DNA of 32,000 nucleotides from Candidatus Saccharimonadota bacterium (GTDB lineage Bacteria; Patescibacteriota; Gracilibacteria; BD1-5; UBA2023): NCBI GenBank assembly GCA_046350815.1, contig JAXLZO010000001.1, positions 570,001 to 602,000 of the forward strand, read 5' to 3'. Shown piece by piece: positions 25,892 to 32,000 of this stretch (position 1 is its first letter; each line of letters starts with the position of its first letter). The notes under the pieces were generated by a model. It saw only the letters and a program-made list of their open reading frames with translations, ran no database searches and was not told where the DNA came from. The position numbers and the translations under genes were made by a program.

Positions 25892-26227
25892 CTATTTTTC
25901 TTGCCATGGAAATCTCCCATCTACCTCTACGTGGAGTGAGAGACTCAAAAAAGTACGAATGAGAATAATCATACCAAGAATTCCAACTTCTTCGAGACTG
26001 GGTTTGGTGATAATAGTTGCAACAATATCACCAGCAATGAGGATCTCGAGCCCGAGAAGAATAGTCTTTCCGATACCTTGCTTGAGATGATTAAAAGCAC
26101 TGATTTGCCGCCTGAAGAGATGGTAGAGATAGTTTGCAAGTGAATAGAATACCCCAATAGTAATTACAAGAACTCCGATGCCTTCAAGAAATTTGGCAAA
26201 GAACGAAATAATTTCAGCGAGATCCAT
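25892..26227 (-). CDS. small integral membrane protein, DUF1622-like (111 aa)
   Basis: MDLAEIISFFAKFLEGIGVLVITIGVFYSL...GLEILIAGDIVATI. TAG stop. A promoter-like TTGAAA-N17-TATATG lies downstream of the track's start at 26290, which favours the ATG at 26227. Confidence 0.6.
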   Translation of the reverse strand: MDLAEIISFFAKFLEGIGVLVITIGVFYSLANYLYHLFRRQISAFNHLKQGIGKTILLGLEILIAGDIVATIITKPSLEEVGILGMIILIRTFLSLSLHVEVDGRFPWQEK

Positions 26228-26379
26228 ATGTCGAAAGAGTATCGAAATAAAATATAAATTGAGCTTAACATATATTTTTATCCAGCGCAACTTTCAATAT
26301 TGTTCTTCTGTTAAGTATTCACAAATCTTATCTTACGGTAGTACATCTCTTCACACTACCGTTTTCATGAAATATAGAT

Positions 26380-27132
26380 GGGTCTAAACCAGTTACGGGT
26401 TATATTGACGAAGTAACTTTAGCACTTCCTTATAAATATCTTTTCATTGAATACGACAATTATATCTGAATTCAGATTCTTTCAAAAAATAGTAGAAGTA
26501 GACTTTCTTGATTCCATTGAATTGAGAGAGTCTTCTTTTGGTATAACTCCAAAATGACTCTATTCAATTAATGTGTTGAGTTCATCTTGCAAATTCATTT
26601 GCTCCGTGATGAACACGGTAGTGTTTCTCATATCCAATATCTACAAGCCCATCATAAGCTCACCATCCATCACTGTTAATCTCAGACTCTTCTATACGAA
26701 GTTTTCATCGAATGATTGGCACGAGAGTCCTTGCTTTTACATCAGGAACTATCTCAGTATATACTTTTCAGTTTCTTTTGAGTAAACCAAAGACTATTGT
26801 CTTCATACCAGCTCACCTTCCTCTCTTTCATCGGACTCTTGTTGGTCAGAAGTAACTCTCATCTATCTCAACATTTCCAGTCCATATTTCATTCTTTTCT
26901 CTCTCACAGAGAAAGGCTATCGCCTTTCTGATATATCTATACCAATCCTGTGTTGTTTTTGGATTGAGACCTGTTAATACCGCTGTTTTATCTGAAGTAA
27001 AATCCAGAGAAAAATATTTCACAATTTCTCTTATTTTTGCATCTCAAATTCGTGATTTTTTCCTATAGGTAGTTTTACTGATCATAGAGCCAAGTTTATG
27101 GGATAATTTATCCTGTCAACTGGTTTAGACCC
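26380..27132 (-). mobile_element. IS1595-family (IS1016-like) insertion sequence, 753 bp, apparently intact
   Basis: Perfect 15-bp terminal inverted repeats GGGTCTAAACCAGTT (26380-26394 and the reverse complement of 27118-27132), extendable imperfectly to about 27 bp. A 7-bp direct duplication TATAGAT flanks it (26373-26379 and 27133-27139). One transposase ORF fills the element. Confidence 0.85.
26393..27085 (-). CDS. ISXO2-like DDE transposase (230 aa)
   Basis: VEIDESYF-G-PTRVR-G-KRGR-G-AGMKTIVFGLLKRN-G-KVYTEIV...SDGW-G-AYDGL...HYRVHHGANEFAR-G-TQHIN-G-IESFWSYTKRRL...FLKESEFRYN. Ten in-frame TGA. The TAA at 26393-26395 lies at the inner edge of the left IR. Confidence 0.85.
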
Positions 27133-27237
27133 TATAGATTTTATACTCCATAGATTATAATTTCATAAGTTATTTATTGACATAATATAAAAATAATGTC
27201 TATTCTAAACTAGAAACGAATAAAATAGGAGGTTTCT

Positions 27238-28230
27238 ATGAACACACTTTTGTGTTTCTTGCGAAAATGTGGGGCAGCATTGTTGTTTGGGGTTATTTAC
27301 CTCTTTCAAGAGTTGTTGTCTGTGGTGTTGAAGATTGGAAAGTGGCTTGTCACGTGTGGCAATCAACTTTCTGACGAAATTGAAAAAGCTTTAGTACAGC
27401 TCAAAGGTGTATTGGCAAAAGAATGTCCGCCATTTAGTTGGCCGACCATGCCAGTATCTGTCATTGCTCTACTGTCAACATTGCTTTTCATCTTTTTATT
27501 AAGTTTGTTGACAGTTCCGGCAATTCATCCTGCGTCACTGGATTTGAGCTGGCTGGACTGGACCCTTATGCTCTTGGTATTGATGTTCGTGCTTGTTGCA
27601 ATTGTCTACGCGCTGCGTCATCTGGTGCTCTGGATTGCTGGTATCCTCGCGGTACTTACTCTTCTGAGCTTGCTGGCTACAGCACCATCCTGTTCAGTCC
27701 CTGTTGGATCATCTGATGAAGATGCTGAATATTGCTGGTTCTGGCAACGTTGTTACTGGAAAGGCGTGTCAATTCATTGGCTGAATTTCCACTTTCCGAC
27801 CTACTGCTGGTTCTGGGAAGAGTGCTATCCGCATGATAACCAAGAGTCATCTGGTTCTTCTGCTCTGGCATCAAACAAGGTAGATCATCAGGGTGCTATA
27901 TACTGCTGGTTCTGGGAATCGTGCTTCTGGCACAAAGATCACTCAGTGGTTCTGAAGCCGACAGTTGTTAAACCAGTGAAGACTGAAGAAGCGAAAGTTT
28001 CTCAGCTTGAAACTACAGAGTACATTATCCAAAATGGCGATACCCTCTGGAAACTCTCTGGAGGTGATCCTGTCAAGGTAGATGCCATCGCGCATTTGAA
28101 TGCCGGAATTCTTGATCCTTACTGGCTCAAGAATTGTTCGGTAATTCACACCAAAACAGGAAAATGGTGTAACGCGCCAAAACATACCTTACAGATTGGA
28201 ATGCGAATTTTCATTCCGGTTCACAAATAA
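27238..28230 (+). CDS. membrane protein with three YCWFWxxC(Y/F) repeats and a C-terminal LysM domain (330 aa)
   Basis: RBS AGGAGG-N6-ATG. Four or five TM helices, repeats at EYCWFWQRCYW / TYCWFWEECYP / IYCWFWESCFW, and LysM-like YIIQNGDTLWKLSGGDPVKVDAIAHLN...LQIGMRIFIP. No TGA codons, and GC is about 48-53% in two sampled 60-mers. Confidence 0.85.
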   Translation: MNTLLCFLRKCGAALLFGVIYLFQELLSVVLKIGKWLVTCGNQLSDEIEKALVQLKGVLAKECPPFSWPTMPVSVIALLSTLLFIFLLSLLTVPAIHPASLDLSWLDWTLMLLVLMFVLVAIVYALRHLVLWIAGILAVLTLLSLLATAPSCSVPVGSSDEDAEYCWFWQRCYWKGVSIHWLNFHFPTYCWFWEECYPHDNQESSGSSALASNKVDHQGAIYCWFWESCFWHKDHSVVLKPTVVKPVKTEEAKVSQLETTEYIIQNGDTLWKLSGGDPVKVDAIAHLNAGILDPYWLKNCSVIHTKTGKWCNAPKHTLQIGMRIFIPVHK

Positions 28231-28311
28231 GAGATAGAGCAATTCTATCTTCCACATTTTGACTCGAGCAATTCGGGTCTTTCTTTTGTTTCTTTTAGAT
28301 ACGAGAAGTAC

Positions 28312-28345
28312 AAAAAATCTCTTCAAGAAATTGAAGAGATTTTTC
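28312..28345. terminator. bidirectional intrinsic terminator
   Basis: A-run, then AAATCTCTTCAA-gaaa-TTGAAGAGATTT, then T-run, between the LysM gene and the convergent tRNA pair. Confidence 0.7.
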
Positions 28346-28355
28346 AGAGATTATT

Positions 28356-28439
28356 TGGTGCCCGAAGAGGGACTTGAACCCTCACACCTTTCGGCATACG
28401 CACCTCAAGCGTACGTGTCTACCATTCCACCATCCGGGC
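28356..28439 (-). tRNA. tRNA-Leu (anticodon GAG), 84 nt with encoded CCA
   Basis: Manual fold of GCCCGGATGGTGGAATGGTAGACACGTACGCTTGAGGTGCGTATGCCGAAAGGTGTGAGGGTTCAAGTCCCTCTTCGGGCACCA gives a 7-bp acceptor stem, anticodon stem TACGC/GCGTA, loop TTGAGGT and a long variable arm. Confidence 0.85.
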
Positions 28440-28462
28440 AAATCGTATCAATATATGTAACA

Positions 28463-28539
28463 TGGTGCCCCCTGCTGGACTCGAACCAACAACCCACGGC
28501 TTCGAAGACCGGTACTCTATCCAATTGAGCTAAGGAGGC
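28463..28539 (-). tRNA. tRNA-Arg (anticodon UCG), 77 nt with encoded CCA
   Basis: Manual fold of GCCTCCTTAGCTCAATTGGATAGAGTACCGGTCTTCGAAGCCGTGGGTTGTTGGTTCGAGTCCAGCAGGGGGCACCA gives anticodon loop CTTCGAA. The D-arm resembles bacterial tRNA-Arg. There is one C-U mismatch at 27:43. Confidence 0.75.
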
Positions 28540-28566
28540 AAGTCACTCACGAGGTAAGCGACTGGG

Positions 28567-28594
28567 AGTATAGACAAAACGATACAGAATGCAA
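28567..28594 (-). promoter_or_regulatory. putative promoter of the tRNA-Arg/tRNA-Leu pair
   Basis: Minus strand reads TTGCAT-N16-TATACT, about 28 nt upstream of tRNA-Arg. Confidence 0.45.
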
Positions 28595-28609
28595 ATTTAT
28601 TTTCACTTT

Positions 28610-28930
28610 TTATTTCTCCTTGACAGTCACCTGTACAAAACGATGATTTTCTTTTTCAAATCAGAATACTTTTTCTTGTGCAGGAGTGTTTGGATTATAT
28701 ATCCATTTGATTTCTGGTTCATTTTTTGTCATATTCCATTTGATATCATCAACACGAAAACCTGGGCGTCATTCTCTCTTGACGACCTTGTGTCCAAAAG
28801 TATTATCAAGTGTATGAGCTACTTCCTCTTGAATCGGTTTAATGACTGGTTTGAGGGCAGTCCGTGCTCACATACCGAGGAGTTTAGCAGCGAGTCAGAA
28901 GACTCCACCATCGATAGAATTTTTTGCCAT
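28610..28930 (-). CDS. hypothetical protein (106 aa)
   Basis: The frame from ATG 28930 to TAA 28610-28612 is open under code 25 with 4 TGA. Promoter-like TTGCAA-N16-TATTAT lies upstream. No family recognised. Confidence 0.45.
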
Positions 28931-28982
28931 AGTTTCAAAATTATTATCTGTGTATAATACATAAAAATATTTATATTGCAAT

Positions 28983-29960
28983 ATGAATAAATTGTCAACG
29001 CAGTTACTTGATAAATGGATATGATGAATCACGGATCTTCCATGAGCTATTATTATATTTTGACCAACAGCATGTTGAAAAACAGCCCTCTCACTTGAGA
29101 TCGCACAGTATATGAGGAGTAAAGTTATTAGTGCTGATTCTCGTCAAATATATAGGTGACTTGATATTGGCACAGGTAAAATTCTTCCCAATCAAATGCG
29201 GTGAGTTTCTCATGAAATGCTTAATGTCATTGATATCGATCAGGTTTTTAGTGCTGGTGATTTCGCTCAGAGATCGCTGCAGATTATTGCTCGCGAGAAT
29301 CAAATTGGGAGCATACCAGTAATTGTCGGCTGAACAGGCCTCTATATTGATATGCTCCTTTATGGGGCATCCACTCATTCTTGGAAAGCAGATCCTGATT
29401 ATCGTGATTCCCTTCAGAAGATTCTTGATCAAGAGGGGAGTGAGGTGCTTTATGAGAAATTAACACAAATTGATCCCGCAAGTGCAGCAACGCTTGATCA
29501 TCGAAATACTCGCTATGTTATGAGTGCACTTGAATATTTTTACGCTACTGGTCAGAGTAAATCATGAGCGTACATTCCAGAGAGAGTGGCTCGTCTCGAT
29601 ACCTTTTTTATCACACCATATCAAGATAATCCCGAAAATCGAAAACAACTCTATATAAAGATTGATCAGAGAGTGAATGAGATGTTTGATACTGGGCTCC
29701 TTGAGGAATATGACGCTATGGTGGAGAAATTTTGAAGCGATGCTCCATGACTTAATACGATAGGGTACAAAGAATGTGGAATGTTTCGACGATGAGAGAT
29801 TGCATCATATTCAGAGCTTATTGATCTCGTGGCACAAAAAAACCGCAACTATGCGAAGCGGCAAATCACTTGGAATAAGCGGTATGATAAGTTCGATCCC
29901 GCGATTATTCTTTCATCTATTTCTTCATCCCAAATATCGACTTGAAACCCCATTGAATAA
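28983..29960 (+). CDS. miaA: tRNA dimethylallyltransferase (325 aa)
   Basis: P-loop IIIF-G-PTAC-G-KTALSLEIA, plus ISADSRQIYR-G-LDIGTGK, VG-G-TGLYI, IGYKE and YAKRQITWNK. Thirteen in-frame TGA. TAA at 29958-29960. Confidence 0.92.
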
Positions 29961-30267
29961 CACTGAGGACAAATGCAAAGAGAAGTCCGTACCAGTAGTT
30001 ATCCACGGAGAAACTTTTGAGAAAATAATCAGCCAATAAAACCATCAGTCCTGATATGAGAAAACTTACCAGTCAGAATGTGAGAAGGCTGAGTGGAAAT
30101 GTGAGTACTTTGAGAAGCGTTCCAATGGTTGCATTTACCACGCCGAGAACAAGTGTTACGATGAGCACATTGGTCCAATCACCAGAAATATGAACTCCAT
30201 CGATGAGATAGTCTGTGAGCCAGATAGCAAGCATCGAGATGATGAGGTGGGCGAGAATTTTGAGCAT
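29917..30267 (-). CDS. 4-TM membrane protein, YvlD / phage-holin-4_2 (DUF360)-like (116 aa from ATG 30267; 135 aa if GTG 30324 is used)
   Basis: MLKILAHLIISMLAIWLTDYLIDGVHISG...VVNATIGTLLKVLTFPLSLLTF-G-LVSFLISGLMVLLADYF. One in-frame TGA extends track ORF 30073..30324 down to TAG at 29917-29919. It overlaps the miaA 3' end by 44 nt. Confidence 0.65.
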
Positions 30268-30453
30268 ATTGGAGAAATGAAAAAGAACGAGAACAATTAT
30301 ACTACTTACTTTTCGGAAGTCCACAATGATGCCTTCTAGATAAGAGAATTGGTTGGCAAAAAAGAAAAATATTTCTATTAACTTAGAAGTATTTGTATTT
30401 TAATTAGTCAAAATAGGGTAGTTACTATGGCTCAGAAAAACTTATAAATTCTT

Positions 30454-30795
30454 CTATTCTCATTTTAGTTTTATTATTTTTTTCTTCAGTCTTTGTATAT
30501 CATTTGAATTGGTATTACTCGCACCGTCAGTAAATTTATTACCAAAATAATCAAAGAGAAGATATCAGTTTGTTCAATATGCAGTATAGTAGCAAGTGTT
30601 ATCCTCTTTTGAATAAAAAATTTCATCAATATAAGTTGCTCAATGTACTTTCCCTAGCTCTAGTAATTGCTCCATCATTCTATCTTTATTTTCAGTACAT
30701 TCTTTCTTTCTTTCAAATAATTTATCGTTATTACTACATCCACTCAGTATAAAAATACATAAAGCTAATGAAATAGAAAAAGAGATTTTTCTCAT
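30454..30795 (-). CDS. putative lipoprotein (113 aa)
   Basis: MRKISFSISLALCIFILSGC has a lipobox (LSGC). The frame is open under code 25 with 4 TGA. TAG at 30454-30456. Confidence 0.55.
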
Positions 30796-30890
30796 AATTT
30801 GATATTGATTATATGACATAATTATTTTGTTTAAATAAAAGAAATGTATTAGCTAAATTAAATATTTGATTAATGCCTTTAAAGAAAATA

Positions 30891-30922
30891 ATATAAAAAT
30901 ACAGACATCTGTATTTTTATAT
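30891..30922. terminator. intrinsic terminator downstream of ftsH
   Basis: ATAAAAATACAG-acat-CTGTATTTTTAT, AT-rich and symmetric. Confidence 0.55.
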
Positions 30923-30927
30923 TATTT

Positions 30928-32000
30928 CTATATCTTCACCGGAACATTCAATCCCTCAAAATATGCATCAAACTCTGATTGCGTGAGCTCTTCTTTTTGG
31001 AGAAGATCCTCTGCAATCTTCTCATGGAGATCACGATATTGTGTGATGAGTTTTGTGGTCGTCTCGTATGCAGTGAGTAGTATCGTTCGTACCTTTGCAT
31101 CGATCTTCTCAAGAGTATGCTGTGAGAGGAGATTTCCTGGAGTATTCATTGAACCACCAGATGTGTCACCTTCGAGATTCTCAGGGCCGAGTTCGCTATC
31201 GAATCCATATTTCATAATCATATCACGAGCCATCTGAGTCGCTTTCTCTATATCATTGGATGCTCCTGTTGTGATGGCATTTTTTCCGAAGAATACCTCT
31301 TCTGCAACTCTTCATCCATAGAGCGCTGCGAGCTCATCCTCGAATTTCGCTTTGGATACGAGCACACGATCCATATCGGGTACAAACCAAGTTACGCCGA
31401 GAGCACCACCTCGAGAGAGGATGGATACCTTGTGAACTGGATCCGTGTTTGGGAGGAATTTACCAATGAGTGCATGCCCTACCTCGTGGTAAGCTACAAG
31501 ACGTCTCTCATGCTCGCTCATGCGAAGAGATTTCCGTTGAGTTCCCATTGCTACTTTTTCGATGGATTCTTGGATGATTTGCATCGTGATCGTCTCACTA
31601 TTTTTTCGTCCTGCGAGGATTGCTGCTTCATTGATCAGGTTTCCAAGATCGGCACCTGAGAATCCTACCGTGATACCTGCAACTTTCTTCATTTCAACAT
31701 CATCATTGAGAGGCTTTCCCTTTGCATGGATATTGAGAATAAGTTCTCGGTCAGCTTGTGTTGGAAGATTGATCGTAACTTTTCGGTCAAATCTTCCTGG
31801 TCGAAGGAGTGCTTTATCGAGAACATCGACTCGATTTGTAGCTGCCATAATAATGAGATTTGTTTCATTATCGAATCCATCCATTTCTGTGAGGATCTGA
31901 TTAAGTGTTTGTTCGCGCTCATCATTTCCACCGGATACTCAGACACTACGCTTTTTTCCGATCGCATCAATCTCATCGATAAAGATAATCGCAGGGGACG
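30928..32000 (-). CDS. ftsH: ATP-dependent zinc metalloprotease FtsH, C-terminal ~357 codons (5' part lies beyond the right edge)
   Basis: IIFIDEIDAIGKKR, DEREQTLNQILTEMDGF, RPGRFDRKV and the zinc site HEVGHAL. In-frame TGA join track ORFs 31312..31884 and 30928..31233. TAG at 30928-30930. Confidence 0.93.

Noticed and set aside
27238-28230. The LysM protein as a phage endolysin or part of a prophage.
   Set aside because: Only a LysM-like binding module and TM helices are recognisable. There is no catalytic lysozyme, amidase or peptidase motif, and no phage structural or integrase genes are nearby.
28356-28539. The two tRNAs as the recoding tRNA-Gly(UCA) that reads UGA.
   Set aside because: Manual folding gives anticodon loops TTGAGGT (GAG, Leu, with a long variable arm) and CTTCGAA (UCG, Arg). 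Neither carries UCA.
1-32000. Apparent mass pseudogenisation: secA, uvrC, radA, ruvB, miaA, ftsH and lepB each appear as 2-4 separate ORFs in the track.
   Set aside because: The breaks are all TGA, never TAA or TAG. The pieces are always in the same frame, and the TGA codons align with conserved glycines. This is recoding (code 25), not gene decay.
1-32000. Alternative explanations for in-frame TGA: UGA=Trp (code 4, Mollicutes-like), selenocysteine, or programmed read-through.
   Set aside because: TGA falls in P-loops and other invariant Gly positions (GPP-G-LGKT, DGGK-G-QL), not at Trp positions, and TGG is used normally for Trp. There are well over 100 in-frame TGA codons across the genes counted (up to 24 in a single gene), far too many for Sec or read-through, and no SECIS-like context was seen.

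Overview
This is a 32 kb chromosomal fragment, roughly 40% GC in sampled stretches, that only makes sense under genetic code 25 (UGA = glycine). That code points to Gracilibacteria or Absconditabacteria/SR1 in the Candidate Phyla Radiation. The supplied standard-code ORF track cuts almost every long gene at in-frame TGA. Reading TGA as Gly restores single TAA/TAG-terminated frames for radA, yidD, secA, lepB, uvrC, ruvB, miaA, ftsH and a photolyase, and the TGA codons fall on invariant glycines such as P-loops and SecA RGRSGRQ-G-DPG. I support about 32 CDS, 2 tRNAs (Leu-GAG, Arg-UCG), one intact IS1595/IS1016-like insertion sequence with a target-site duplication, and many hairpin terminators. 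About a dozen promoters fit TTGnnn-N16-TAnnnT. Accessory content includes an 865-aa type IV prepilin fused to BspA-type leucine-rich repeats, a T4SS-pilin-like protein, an 801-aa polytopic membrane protein, and a GC-richer LysM protein with three YCWFWxxC repeats. The most unusual content is three paralogous ~300-bp modules at 12888-13181, 15009-15305 and 19699-20007. In each, a promoter-driven ~80-nt structured RNA and a 31-35-codon basic ORF are transcribed convergently into one shared bidirectional terminator. The RNA carries a locus-specific copy of the sequence abutting the ORF start codon. This is the layout of the par/Fst type I toxin-antitoxin locus, which as far as I know has not been described in recoded CPR bacteria. 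The modules sit at the edges of four GC-rich mosaic arrays of GTCAT-anchored hairpin repeats, and one array encloses a small GIY-YIG nuclease gene between 130-nt direct repeats. All calls come from reading and translating the sequence by eye. No database search was run.
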